DNA of 61,992 bases, the filler included, from Dirinaria sp. TL-2023a (Eukaryota): assembly GCA_051941275.1 (NCBI GenBank). It is 8 parts of 8 records of this genome, joined end to end, with 100 filler letters (N's around TTAATTAATTAA, not from the genome) between each part and the next. Parts side by side here need not be neighbours in the genome. Positions count along the whole stretch, not along the records: positions 1 to 7,682 come from JAVEBF010001282.1; positions 7,783 to 15,454 come from JAVEBF010001283.1; 6 more parts are not named here. One strand, written 5' to 3'. The notes below the pieces were generated by a model, which saw only the letters and a program-made list of their open reading frames with translations, made no database searches and was not told where the DNA came from. Positions 1 through 13,243 of the stretch are shown one piece after another. The number at the start of each line of letters is the position of its first letter. The stretch's first letter is position 1. The translations under genes were made by a program, and so were the position numbers.

Positions 1-250
1 GTGTGTGACCTGTGGCCTCCCCCCAATGGGTATCAGAAGTGACGCACCAACAAACGCCCGACATGCCATGCTTTATTTCTCAAAAAAGAGAAAAAAAAGA
101 GAAAAAAAAGAGAAAAAAAGGAACAAGATTCCGCAAATAAATTCGGTATCGTCCCCCGAAACCCAAAAAAAAAAAAAAGAAAAAAAACCAAATGTCTCTA
201 AGGATTGCTACAAAGAAAAGTTGCCTCCCTCAGTGTTCCAACATGATTGA

Positions 251-3200
251 TCATCTCCGGAAAGAACCAAGTCTCGAAGAAGGCTTGTTGACGGCTGCAG
301 GTAGAGCGGATGCGAAGCGGTCTCGCTCTATAGATTATCAATCATTAACTTCATGTTTCAGTGTGCGTCGAGGAGGGAGTGAAGAAGAGAGGGAAGGGTC
401 CTTTACCTGCTTCACTCTCAAACGCGATCGTGATATCGTCATGCTCACTGGGATACTCAGGCATGTCGAGACAGATAAAATCATTATTGTCCTCGGACGG
501 TTTCTTCGGCAGGGCGAATTTGGCATCCACGATCTTGACGCAATGCTGCTCCGACTTCTGGAATGCCTCAAACCGATCGGTGCTTTTGACGACGAAGTTC
601 ATGCAGCTGCCGAATTGGAACTCGTGGAAGAAACAGAGTAGTTGAGTCACCGAGCCCCGTTGGATGATCTGCAGACGCGCAAGACTCGCTTCCCAGCGCT
701 TGTTGATCGGCACCATCATCCGCCTGTGCGAGATGCTGAAGGTGCTTGCAAAGCTGGGATGATGGTCAGCTTTCACATTGGCGTATGCCGGGCTGTCGAT
801 AGGAGGAAGATATACCCTTCGTACAACACCGCGAAGCCTGTCACTGCCTTTTGAAAGGTATGGAGATCTGAGCCTCGTCAGCTACCAAACGTTCAGTTTG
901 GTGAAGCATTACATACCTTGCACGCTGTGGAAGCTATAACTTCGTTTTGAGGGTAAAGTACTGAGGGTCTGTACCGACTCGCTCAAGGCTTGAGCTCGGC
1001 TCGCTGATACGATATTGCTTGCGAAGGAGACCGTCATATCTTGTTGCGGAGAGCGCAGCAATGTGATCTCCGTGGGTTTGTCAGCAGCAAGGCTTATCTG
1101 CAGCTCGCCTGGCCCTGGTTGGTATCAGTATTGGTTTCTTAATGAGGCGCTTCGTCTGTCATACCAAGATTGATGCGATCAATAAAAGAGCCGGCATCGC
1201 ATTGAGCCCATAGACGGAGATTCTCTGATAAGACTGTCCTTGAAAGTCCATGCTCGCAGTACCGGGGATCTCTATTGAAGATTCGCACTTTGTGCCATCG
1301 CCACTGATTCAAAGAACCACGATGGACTGGAGCTGAGCTGTCGCCAGATGTTTCGACCTTCATGGCACTCAGCGATATGGCTTCAGTACAGGTTTCATCG
1401 TCCCCTAAAATAGTCCCTTCGAGCAAAGTCTGGAAGCGGCTGCGACTGGAAGGGTCGTTGAATGTAATGACCATCGTAGCAGCAGCAGCGTCGTTCTTCA
1501 AGAGTAGGGCAGGTCCACCGTCCTCGCCACGGACGAAACTGAACAGCATTGGGAATTGCTTGCCAAAACTTTGATTGATGCGATTGAGCGTTTTTACGCC
1601 TGGTGGTGTGACCACTACCAAACGGTGGCCATTGTAAAAGAGCCGTCGACCAGATCCTCCAGATATCGTAAGGGACTTCTCGAAAAGAAGAACATCACAA
1701 TCATGAACAGGCTCGGGAGGGAAAGTTTTTGCATCTGGTGTATCGATATAGTGCACGCATCGCACAGTTGTCTGAAAGGCCAGAGCCTCTCCGTCTCCAG
1801 CATGCATCTCGTTTCCAACCCTCTTTGTGTAATCATAGACACCCCATAGAGACCGGAAATTCTGCTCCTGGAAATGTATGTTTAAATCTAGGCCGTCGGC
1901 TAACGTTAAAATGATATCAGAAGATTCTGTTTTCCAACGTACATCCCTCCAAGTGGGGCCCGTTTTCCTATGCGACTGAATGACTAGGTTGAGTTGTCCA
2001 TCTTGACTCGCAAGCACCACCTCTAGCTCCCGGTGGGTTCTGTGCCGCAGAATTGTGAGAACACAAGATAAAGGGATTCTTGCCTGATCATCATCTGAGG
2101 AGCACAGAACAACATCCACGAATATACTGCCATAATTGAAATGGCGCGTCGTGTCACCAACCGGATAAGGAAACGAAACAAACCCTACTGAATCATCGTC
2201 TAGGAGACTTCGAGACGACTTGCCGGCGAGGATACCCGCGACGCCGGAGGCGAAGCGCGGAATCTCTACCCAGATTCGAGCATCAAGGCCTTGAGGTTCA
2301 AAATCGTGAGGCGGCATTCTGTTGTTCCTTTTCATGGACATTGCAAGCGCAAGCATATTGGCTGTGATCGCATCATGTATTTCGAGTAACTCAGCAAGCT
2401 TAGAGTCGCCAACATTCCTCACTAGAGAAATCAAGGAAGCTGTACTCATGTTACCGTACTTGCTAAGCTCTCTGTGGCTTGGCGTGATTTCTGTCAATAT
2501 CCACCGTCCTTTGGCGAGATTCAAATAAGCCTGCTTCAGTACCGAAGACAATACGACCTCAGGCCCGCGGCCATAGCGATCACGGCTCCCAGGCCGTCCA
2601 CGCACCGCACTCTCCAGCTCGGCCCTGCCTTTGAGAAACCACCAAGCTGCTGCACGAATCCATTGCGTAAACGAGATCTCGTCTAAGACCTTCCCGGCGG
2701 TTGCACCAAGTCTGAATATAGAATTGAAACGCTGTACCCGAACGGAGAATTCGTTTAGAGCATCTTCGCCTAGTCCTCGAGCAACATTCCGCAAAGAGAT
2801 GGCAGGAGGTTCCTTGGATGGCTTTGCGGGGTTTTTGCGTGTTAAGATTTCTTGATCACTCTGGTTACTGAAGGGCGCCTGATAGTGTTGGGTTGATGGC
2901 TCGGCCTGCCAAGTTGGAGGTTCCTCAACGGCATAGGTTGGCAGATGACCATAACTGGAAGGCAGCCCAGTTTGGGTATTCGCAGGCTTCGGGGAAGGGC
3001 TAGGTGTCAAAGAATTGTCCAAAGAAGGATCATTGTCCGGAGAAAATGGCTTTAGAGAAGAAACCGCTTTGGTGTCATCGAGGTTGGCCTGGTGGTCGAA
3101 GCGACCCTTGCTCGGCTGTTCTGATGTCTGTTCAATCACAACGTCAGGCGATAGGGGAGGAGATTGCGTGTATGAAGCGTAAATTGCTGATAGTCCTTCG

Positions 3201-3919
3201 GAGTTGGTGTCAGAGTATGGGCTTTGCAGTGACTCCTCCCCAGAAAGTTGACCTGGGACCGAGTCGTCTCTGCCTACGGTGTCCTGAATAGCTGCATGCG
3301 TTACATGTCTTGGCTGCGGTGCGTGAAAATCTGATAATTTACCCCGCAGCGGTGGAAATGTAGACAGATCCTCGTCACCGGCGAGCAATGCCCCTTGCAA
3401 TCCTTGGCGAAGGCTCTGTCGTATGTTGCGGCCATTCTCCACCGGCGGAGAGTACCTCCTAGGAATGGGAACTGCATCAGGTGCTCGTTGGTGTGTTCGC
3501 GAGTTTGCTGAAGCTTGCGAGCTGCGTACCTTGATAGGGGGCAACTCTGCTTCGTCCCCACCTTGGCCTATGATTACAGGAGAGGATGTATCGAATGTGA
3601 CATGAAGACCTTTCCTTCTAGCCGGTTTGGCCCTTGAAGAGCCCGTTGACTGGTTAGCCGGGCTCTCAACCACTGGCACCCGCGGCAACGGCGGTGTTGG
3701 TTTATCTGCCCCTCTTAGTACGCTAAGTTGCTGGCTCGGCTCTTTCTTCTTGGCCGGTGCCTCGAGGAATTCTGCAATATCAGTAGCCTGCCTTTGTTGG
3801 GCATCCTCGGTTCTTGAGGCCTTGTCATCGTTCGAGAATAGCTTTCCCCGCCAGGAATGCCTTTTGAAGAACTTGTGCTCTGATCGGGTGGACTCGGAGC
3901 TTGCGTCGTTATCCGGCAT
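251..3919 (-). CDS. Conserved fungal hypothetical protein (~1200 aa, 5 exons): low-complexity N-terminus, folded C-terminal domains
   Basis: ORF 1139-3970 continues through GT..AG introns (donors GTATGA ~1165, GTATGT ~916, GTATAT ~815, GTAAAG ~407) into ORF 351-776 and a final exon ERDRFASALPAAVNKPSSRLGSFRR*, with the stop at 251-253. ATG taken at MPDND (3919); 3970 is an alternative. Resembles a widespread Pezizomycotina uncharacterised family (from memory, not searched). Confidence 0.8.
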
Positions 3920-5526
3920 GATGGTTCTATGCGTCAGGGGAGGTTCTACATATTGGAGTGGGACGTGCATTCAATGCACTGGGCCAGAAGTAACAGGTTC
4001 GATCATGACGGTTGGATACCTGCATCAGCTTGACTCATCTCACCATGAATGTTCTATTGAGACTCCCACAGATCGCAGATGATAATGTTGCATATTCGAA
4101 TCCTTTAATTCTGCCATGCTAATTGCTCGTATCAGATCGATCTAATCAGTCACATTACGGAGTTTTATTGAGCCATTCATTAATTTATTCAACGTCCAAG
4201 GGGTCTAATGCAATGCCAAGGATAACAGCAGCGGGCGCTAGTAAGCGAACCGCTCGAGCTCGTTCGAGGCTGTCAGGACCCTCGACCCTTGAATCGGATG
4301 AGGTTGATCACGCCAGTCATGTTCGAGTCTTCCCAAGCTTCTACCCGTATCTTTGCTTCGGCTTCGGTACCCTATGCACCTAGTCATCTGGGTCGATTCA
4401 CGTATCACATTCTATGATAACTGTACATACACGACTCCGCAGTACCACCATGCCCGCCGGGCAATGTTGCATTTCTATCAGCAGCCAAGGCCATTTACTC
4501 CGTAGTGTGCTGCGCATGGTTCCTTGAATCCTTGGCGAGCTTAAGCAACGCAGCCAAGAAGTTGGGGGACCGGATGCTGAGCGTCATTCCAAAAAGCAAA
4601 AATGGGCCGTTAGGCAAGCTATCGAGCATCTGGAAAACGCCCAGTGGCTTCACGACTGCGCCCACGATTGGACGGCGCAGTGTCAGTGTGATTGGGGCAA
4701 TATCCTCAAGGATCAGCCTCGCTATTGTCACTGCCAATCAGGGGCAACAAACTCAGCCATGTTTGGCTGCGCCGGCGAATATTACGACGCTAAATTAGAA
4801 AATGGCAATCGAGCACACGAGCACACGGGAAACCTCTGCCTTGGCAGAACTACTAGTTACTGCTTTGCCCCCTCACGGATAAGCTTGGTGCGGAGTCCAC
4901 GTATGTAGATGTAGGATTCGGCGTCCAAGACTCCAAGGTGGTAGCCTGGTAGGTAATAATATTATAGAAGCACGTGCCCCTTTACTACAATCGGCAACTG
5001 CATGCCACGTTTCCTTTCTGGTGCCGTAAGGTACTTGTTTGGTACCGATCGCGTAATAAACATAAGCACCGATTATACTTATACCAACAATTGTACCTGG
5101 ATGTCGGTGAAGTGTAGTTAGGCTTACCTAGGATATCCAACATCAACGAGATCGAAACACAGGATCATTCCGCCTATCATTCGGCAAGAAATATTTTATT
5201 CACCAGATGCAAGGCGGGTAAAGCCGCCGAAGCCCCCCTTCACTTAGCGTCCATATCCCATCCTGTAAGATATTGCCGCATACCTTACCTTACAACCTTA
5301 CCTACCTTGCCTTAGATACGTACCTGAGGAATGTGAATTGTAAAATATCCGGCCGGGAACCCACAGGATCTAGCTCAGCTGAAACGTGATAATAATCATA
5401 CCAGATGTTGGTCTCCCTTAGATGCTCACTGCATCCACTCACTTTTCCCTTAAGACCGTGATCCATCCATCTCACTATGGGCGGTCACTTCCTCAACAAC
5501 CGACGAACACGCTCACCACCAGAACG

Positions 5527-7232
5527 ATGAATTCCAATGGAGAAAAATCCGCAAGCAGGTCGCGTTCATCTTCAATACCGCGTGGCATGCCACGCTTTCT
5601 CATAGGTCTGCCTTACCGTTCAAGCAGGGTCTGCAGTCGCATATTCTGACTGTCTCAATAGGATCGCCCCGTCGATTGGCGAGCATCGCTGGCTGGTTAT
5701 GTCTTTTCTACGTAGCCTGGCGCTACCTAGCATCCGTCTCAATCGACAGCTGGACCAGTTCGAACACATGCTTCCCACAACGATACCACTTATCAAAATC
5801 AATCCCCCTTCCAAAGACTCCAAACGTCGAGCTTCTCGAATCAACATGGCTGCAACTCGAATCAATCTTCCAAGTCCACCCGCCCCATCCAGAAAGTCTA
5901 CCCAAGATAATGATGCCCAGTGGCGCCAAAATGCCCTCGGAGGAGCTAATTAACAATTATACCGACCTTTCTCTTGAAGATGCTTCGCTCTCGCGTGAGA
6001 ATCACGCCAAGGTCGTCAAAGCACTCCCAGCATATCCCAAGAGAACCTTCTCAGGCCGTGGAATTATCATGCTTGCGGGCGGCCGCTACAACTTGTATGC
6101 GGCAACCGCACTTGGTGTTATCCGTGAAACTGGCAGCAAATTACCTGTTGAAGTTTGGATGAATGATACGTCAGAGGAAAAAGGGGGTTTCTGCGACGAA
6201 CTGGCCAAGGATGGAATGGTCTGCAAGCGGCTCAGCGATTACGTCGATGTCACAAAAGTGACAAATGGGTACCAGCTCAAGATCATGACCATGATGTTTT
6301 CCTCTTTCCAGAAATTCCTGTTCCTAGACGCGGATAACCAGCCGATCAAAAATCCAGACACAATCTTTGACTCAAAGACCTTCAAAGACAACGGCGCAAT
6401 ACTTTGGCCGGATTATTGGGACCACACGGGATCTCCGTTGCTGCCTCATGTCGTCGGACTCGAAGAGGGGCGATCTGAACTGTGGCGAGGCAACCGAACA
6501 GTAGAGTCAGGCCAAATCGTATGGGACAAGAAGAGACATTGGAAGGTATGTGCAGCCTTAAAATTGCTTGATCACTAGCGCCGACGGTCGCTAATATCGG
6601 TACCATAGTCCCTCTGCTTGGCAGCCTACTACAATTATTACGGCCCAAACTACTTCTACACCCTTATAACCCAAGGGTTCGCCGGATGGGGCGATAAAGA
6701 TACCTTCCCTCTCGCACTGAGAGCGCTCAAAGAAGACTACTACATGGTCCCGTTCGGCCTGAACACCATGTTCATCAACGGAACCACAACCGGCGTTGCC
6801 ATGATGCAAGCCGACCCGGCCAATCAGACCGGCTACCAACCCCTATTCCTCCACACCAACATCATCAAATGGAACCCTCGGGAATTCATGTGCATCGGGT
6901 GCGCCTCCGATGACGAGGATCCAATACCGGCCAGCGATATCGAGAGGAAAGGATCCTCCATCCACGCGCTTTTGATGGACCACACCAGGATATACAGTAA
7001 AGCCGTCCCGGACAAGCTGGGCGTAGACCCAGAGCCCCTCCTCTGGCGGAGCATGGAGCACAACGTGTGCAGAAGTGCATGGGCGAACAAGGACCTGTGC
7101 GGCCGAGTGCGAGAACACATGGCCGACGCCTTTGGGTACGAGTTCCGCAAACGGCCCGTCTCGAGAGTGTTTGGCAAAGGCTACGAGGTGGAGGAAGTGT
7201 GCATGACCAATACGAAACCCTCCGGACCTTGA
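5527..7232 (+). CDS. Alpha-1,2-mannosyltransferase, GT71 (MNN2/MNN5-like), type II membrane protein
   Basis: Introns 5606-5661 and 6546-6608 join the ORFs. Motifs GRGIIMLAGG, LPVEVW, FLFLDADN (DxD), LWPDYW, VESGQIVWDK and GWGDKDTF, plus an N-terminal TM segment. Confidence 0.93.
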
Positions 7233-7617
7233 AAAAAAAGTCAGATAAATTCGTTTCCGCCTATTATATATAGCGTTGGCATTCTTCTTTTTTAAAGTTC
7301 TCTTTGGTACTTTTTTTGGAGGAATTTACGATACCCACATCACGATATGCAAAAAGCATCGTTCACAGGCGCCGCTTTTCGATGTAAATATATATATTTC
7401 TAGACTTGTCCATTTTTTTTTTTTGGTGAAGTGGGGTCGGGGGAACCGTATTACGGTATATAAACTACCTACGGTCCAGAAAAAAAAAAAGAACTTCGAT
7501 CCAGATTACGCATTTGTCACCTTTTCCATCTTTCATTGATTCCAGGTTTTGCCGTGGAGAGAGAAGGTGGCGCAGGCTTGCTAAATCATGAATCATTCAT
7601 CACTCACACTTTATATC

Positions 7618-7620
<3 letters not shown>

Positions 7621-7682
<62 letters not shown>
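7621..7682. repeat. (TC)n microsatellite at contig end
   Basis: About 31 perfect TC units running into the linker; the likely cause of the assembly break. Confidence 0.98.
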
Positions 7683-7782
7683 NNNNNNNNNNNNNNNNNN
7701 NNNNNNNNNNNNNNNNNNNNNNNNNNTTAATTAATTAANNNNNNNNNNNNNNNNNNNNNNNNNNNNNNNNNNNNNNNNNNNN
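7683..7782. other. Artificial contig linker N44-TTAATTAATTAA-N44
   Basis: Identical 100-nt spacer whose core has stops in all six frames; recurs 7 times. Confidence 0.99.
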
Positions 7783-7963
7783 GTTACAAATTAAACGGAG
7801 TCGTGGCCGGCAGCACCGAAAAAAAAAGTATTTAAAACCCATTCGGGAAACGGAAACGATATAGGTTTGGTGGTGTACTGCAAATTTGCGCGCAACATCG
7901 AAACTCAACCCGATATTCTGCACCAGCGACGCACCGAGCTAGATCGGGAACGTCCGATTTCCC

Positions 7964-8305
7964 TTACTTCGGAGCGTCTTTGACCATCACAGAGCACAGC
8001 CATTTCGGCAGCCAATTCCCCTTCGGCGCCATAGGTGGATACTGCTTGCCCTCGAGCTCAATCCTAGGCTCGCAAGAACACCATTGCTCCTTAGGTAGGC
8101 CGTCCATGACGTTTGGAACGTGCTTACCGCAGCCCCACCAGGAGGAATTGTCTGTGGCACGTTTCAAATCAGTGAGTACCACCAACGAAGGATGAAAGGA
8201 AATATGATTCGGAAGACAAGATTTTTAGCGCAAATGCATCAGATGAAGAGGAGGGGATGCTGATGGGGACTCACGGCAATTGTGGCACGTTCCCTGTATG
8301 CACAT
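7964..8305 (-). CDS. Small Cys/His-rich putative zinc-binding protein (~72 aa, 2 exons)
   Basis: Exon 1 ATG 8305 (MCIQGTCHNC), intron 8152-8274 (GTGAGT..CAG), then HNSSWWGCGKHVPNVM...WCSCEP. Fits the conserved MCxxxxCxxCxxxxWWGCGxH small-protein pattern. Confidence 0.85.
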
Positions 8306-8883
8306 GATTTGATGTATCAGCTCCGGGAATCAGAAAGCTTGCATAGGCGCGTAGCTTATGATTGTATTTCTCGATATGTGATCACGGGATTATATCTCGC
8401 TCGAGAATCGAGGTGATTCTAGACGGGCGCAGGCGTGAGATGGTACTTACTTACAGGAGGTACCTTATCCGGTCTCTTTGAATATCCGAAAATGGCAAAA
8501 GTCTTGGCATTGCGTCATGTCGCCAAGATGCGATAGCAATCCCTTATCGCCTTCCCCTATTCGTCGTTAGAAAGAGCGCTAAACAATTGTCGAGTATGAT
8601 ACTAGGGCGTCATCCTGTAATTTGATCTCCTCGGGTTCTCATCATCGGGTTGTCATCAAACTTGAGGACGGTGAAAACTAGAATGTTTGAGATGAATATG
8701 GAAGTTACACATGCGACTCTGCCCAGAAACAGTCTGCACTTCCCTCGACTGATACAGAAAGTACACCTTTCTCCAGCACTGAATCGTCGCTATGGAATAT
8801 GCAGAAAGATAACGCCCATACCTTATCCCGAGTCCTTTTGAGGACTATCATCAATCCCTCGAGCCAGTAGTCTAATTCGAAGG

Positions 8884-9516
8884 TCACGACTGGACCAGAT
8901 CGACGAAATGCCGCTTCGCCGAAGCCCGACCAACCCTGAAATCATATCCACCGGCCGTGAAATTATGCATTCCACCCTCAGGCGTCGGGCCTACAGACAA
9001 TTTGAGGACCTTCCGAGGTCCAACGGGAATGAATCCTGAGGAAGGCCCGTAAACGCTAGCTCTGACGCACTTCGTAAACAGAGCTCGGAAATCATCCGCA
9101 ATCTGTACCAGCGCAAATTGATCCTCCGCGTCCCGGTCATCCAACACATCCAGCGTGATCATGCATGTCGTAGGCGCTGCGGAATAGGGGAGGAAGTTGT
9201 ACCCGGGCGGAGGCGGCCGGTCCCCGTGAGCCCGCTTCCAGTGCCATGCGACCTCAGCGATCATGGGGAAGTTGAAGAACTCGTTGGCCGTCTTGACGCA
9301 GTCTGTGGGAAATGTTCCAATGGTGTGCGGTGGTAAGGATGCGTTTGTTATATTGGCGTTCTCCAGATCGGTGCATATGGGTTCGGAGATTTCGTCCACC
9401 GCAAGTGAAGATGCCGGTCTGACGATAAGAGGACTTGCAGTGCAACAACGACTGTAAGTGAGGAAGAGGAGGATGGCGCACGCAGCACGCGTCACTCCGA
9501 TGCCTTTGGTGTACAT
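8884..9516 (-). CDS. Small secreted Cys-containing orphan protein (210 aa), effector-like
   Basis: Intronless ORF with signal peptide (AACAILLFLTYSRCCTA-SP) and four spaced Cys in the mature part. Confidence 0.8.
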   Translation of the reverse strand: MYTKGIGVTRAACAILLFLTYSRCCTASPLIVRPASSLAVDEISEPICTDLENANITNASLPPHTIGTFPTDCVKTANEFFNFPMIAEVAWHWKRAHGDRPPPPGYNFLPYSAAPTTCMITLDVLDDRDAEDQFALVQIADDFRALFTKCVRASVYGPSSGFIPVGPRKVLKLSVGPTPEGGMHNFTAGGYDFRVGRASAKRHFVDLVQS

Positions 9517-11262
9517 CTTGAGATTAGTCGGAATCGGAGCGTCGTCCAGGGAACGTGACTACCCTGTATGTGCTCTGTAATATTTGACTAGAACGATCAT
9601 ACTGGGCAGTCAATACTCAAAGTTGGAGGACTCGATATATACTTTGATGAGCAATAGTGCCTTATCTTTCAAATGTGATCGGCTCTATGGTGCATTGAGT
9701 CTTCCATCCAAAGGTTTCTTGAACAATAAGCGACATCCGGGTGTACTAGCGCCACCACATCCGTGGACTGGGTTCAGGATACATTCTTCGTAATCTCAGT
9801 GCGCGAGCAACGCCGGCCCAATCGCCATCCTCAATGTGAGATGGCTTACTGCAGATGCAACAGCAATGGCATACTTCCCATATGGAAGTAAACGCCTTAA
9901 TCTAAGAACAGTCATATCTTTGTTGTCCATGCTTGCGGTTAAATCAAGGAAAGCTTTAGCCCACGGAGCTCTTATCGAGCCTCTGGCCCAGCTTGTTCGA
10001 TAACCGAAAAACTAAGTACCAGATCTGTGCGCTCTAAGCGTGCAACTAATCAGTGAATAGGAGAATAGGTAACCCTGCACCCAAAACACTAATGAATCAC
10101 TCTAGATAGAGCTTGGCTTGGAAGAGAATATGCGCTGCCTCCTACCTTTCGGAACTGATCGCGTGTTAGGGACTCATCGGCTACACCTTTTCAATGCCGG
10201 TATAGATCTGCGTTTTCTCTCTCCAGTGACCATTTCCAGGGCGGCTTGTATTCGAGGCAACAGGATACTGATGCCGATGTATAGCATATTTTGATCGTAT
10301 GTTTTGCCTGCTTAACTCCTTAAGCGTTGATCAGTCCAGTAATAAATCCTTACGTACCCTACCCATATTTTGGGCTAACCCCAAGGACAACATACATATA
10401 TAGCATGATACTCTGAGCTAGGTCTCTCATTCCAACATATCATACGATATTCCCACTTCTCCCATCCGAGTTCTGGGAATGATATACTTAGCGACTGGAT
10501 CCTATCAAAATCATAGAGCTGTGGATGATTGCAGATACTTTTCGATGTGAATGTGGACCTTTGCAGTAGGTCAATATGTAGGCTTAGCACACTCACAACA
10601 CATATCGAAGAGCACTTTCCTGAAACGGGACGATGAAGCCCGATTAGCGCTCGTTAGACTCGTTACCAATTCCAGAGTTAAGGATGGGAGGGGTGGAGGA
10701 GAGAGTGCAAAAGGCATTGGAAGTAATGTAGGTACGGTACTTTAGTAAGCACCGTCGAAGATGAGGATGGCGTCATCGAGCTTCTTAATACACGCTGAGG
10801 GCACTCTTGCTAAGAGACTTATTTGAATATCTACAATTATCAACTCAAAAGCATTAGCTTCATAAAATCCGCAGCACTCATGTACACGGCACTCTATCAC
10901 TTAGCGCTAAGCGTATAGGTACCTGATCTAGTGGGGAGCCACGGAAAGAATGTAGCATATTCAGCTTCGAGCCACCAACATACCTATAAGCTTCACGATT
11001 ATAGTATCCTCAATTGATTTCGCACGAGGCGTACCTTCTTCAGTACTCGTATCTCTGGACTGCCTAATTAGTGCAATTTATTTTTGGTAGTCCGCCCCAG
11101 AATGCATTCGGTATCGATCGGCGATGCAACGACGAGGCTGAACCTCTGTACAAGCTGCTTGCATGCAGATCGAAAAGGCTGTGCAATGGGCTTAAACATT
11201 GTCGAAAATTCGTTTACATGCGCACTTATACCCTTTGTCTTGCGCAAGCTAGTTTCATCCTA

Positions 11263-13243
11263 ATGGACTTCTATGTTGTTCCGGCGAAAAGGGAGAGAAG
11301 GCGTATTTTTGCGTGGGATCCAAAGTTCAGTCAGAGGGCACGGCGCGCTAATCTTGCCGAAGACATCAAATTGGCTCCGGAGGCTCATCAAACAACTGTA
11401 GATGCTTTCTTCGCAGAGTTTGCCTCGCGCTTAGATCCACCTCAGTACAGCTACATGGCGCTTCGTAGATTTCTCAGCCAAGCCGATGAAAAGGACCTTC
11501 AACAGCCAAGTGCAACCTCATTAGATTCTCAAGGATCAGTCTTGCTGGACGATAGACGCGACAGCACAGGTTGGCTAGGCACTGACGGTGAAACATACTC
11601 GGCAAGAGATTGGGAGGGCTATTCCAGGTACCCTCCAGAGGGCGAGAATCCCGTCACTTTGCTTCTTGATATTCAAGGTCTGTACAAGAGGCAGCCGATC
11701 AGCGTTGGTCCATACACCTGGTATGGGTGGCCATGTTTTTAATATATCAGCAGAGAATAGCCAGTGGAGCTGAACGTCGTTTACTGTCCGTCTCTCCAGT
11801 CGTTGTATAGATCATGGGCTGATTGACCAGATATATTCCCAATCTCACCCCTCTTTGTGCAATCGCAATAATAGCAACGTCCGCAAGAGTCCGTGTTCCA
11901 ACATTTCGAGATTTTCTACAACGTTACATCATCCACCGTGTCTATTTCGGTGTTTCAATGGTACGCGCTCTGGAGGCTCTGACTTCCATTTTGGATTTTC
12001 ACATTATGGCTGTAGGATTTTGGTTTTGCCCTTGAATTCCACCTTCCCTATTACGCACTACGGCATGGCGTTTCCAGGAGATTCGACCTTCGTGGTTTAC
12101 GGCGATCCTACAAGTTCAGGTCTGGCTTAGTAGACGAGAATTTGCATGAGTATTTGTACGAAGCGCAGGTTTCTCTGCTTGTGACGGGGTCCGATGAGTG
12201 GTTCTGGACGGCATATTGCTGTGCAGAGACATACTTTGGGAGTGAGGAATCTGCCAAATACTACCACGAGAAACGCCTTGATGCTCCTAGCGGTGGAGAG
12301 ATATCATCTCGTTTGCCTGTTTGGAACCCGCGAGAATACTTCCTCTCAATCTTGTCACGACGTCTCAAACAAGTCACCAAAGAATGGAACAACACTGTGA
12401 AAGCTGTGGAGCAATGCCTGAAAGCTTATGTAAGTATGTTGCGCCTCACGCACAATACCTTTCTACTCACCCACATAGGAAGAGAGCATCTTTGGTGAGA
12501 CTGTGCAAGAGATGTCGCTGACCGACTATGTTAAGTTCAGCCGAACCAGGGAGTATACAACAACGATTGAACTGCTTCGTTTACTTCATAATACTCTAGT
12601 GAGGATAATAGAATCGTGGGAAGATTTTGATGGAGGAGAAATGCAGTACTTCGAAGCCCAAGATAATAAGCCTCTAAGCCAGAGATGGCAACTTTACTTT
12701 GCCAGTATTGAAAGAGACATGGCCGGATTGCGATATTTCCGACGATGTCTTCAACAGGAAATCGAGAATCTTGACAGCAAAAGAAACGGGGTAAGCTGCG
12801 CTTGACTCTAGTACTATGTAAGCTAACCACTAAAGCTCGTAAACGCTTCTACCATGGTAGAAAGTCGAGTAGCTACCTTGCAGGGTGATAACATAGGGAA
12901 ACTCACGCGGGTTACCGTGGTAAGCCAATAGAAGGCCTTTGTCACTGAAATATCTTGACATTACTCATACATAGAAGGTATTCCTGCCCTTAAGTTTGGG
13001 AACTGTGAGGAGCTTTCACTGTCTGAACGCGTTTACACCTGTACTGAGGTTTTGCAGGCCGTTTTCAGCATGATTATTATACCTCGAAAAGCATCCTGGA
13101 TAGCTTATGCGCTGTTGCTGGTGTTCCTCACAACTGCCACTATCGCGATCATGGTTCTTAATCCCAGAAAGGTTGTCCATCACGTCAGATACTTCTGGCG
13201 CAAAATGATGCACATGAGTGAATCATTGCAAGAAAGGCCATGA
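11263..13243 (+). CDS. Multi-exon fungal membrane protein with a CorA-like C-terminal two-TM module
   Basis: Exon pieces AERRLL/YIPNLT, FALEFHLPYYALR, YEAQVSLLVTGSDEWFWTAYCC and LQGDNIGKLTRVTV/VFLPLSLGT/AVFSM + TM, separated by short GT-AG introns (e.g. GTAAGT 12430, GTAAGC 12791 and 12920). Confidence 0.72.

Noticed and set aside
4495..4798. Overlapping 80-97 aa ORFs between the divergent genes
   Set aside because: No ATG start or recognisable family; probably promoter DNA.
7727..7738. TTAATTAATTAA recurring at a regular interval as a biological element
   Set aside because: Always centred in N44/N44 padding; it is a synthetic six-frame stop linker.
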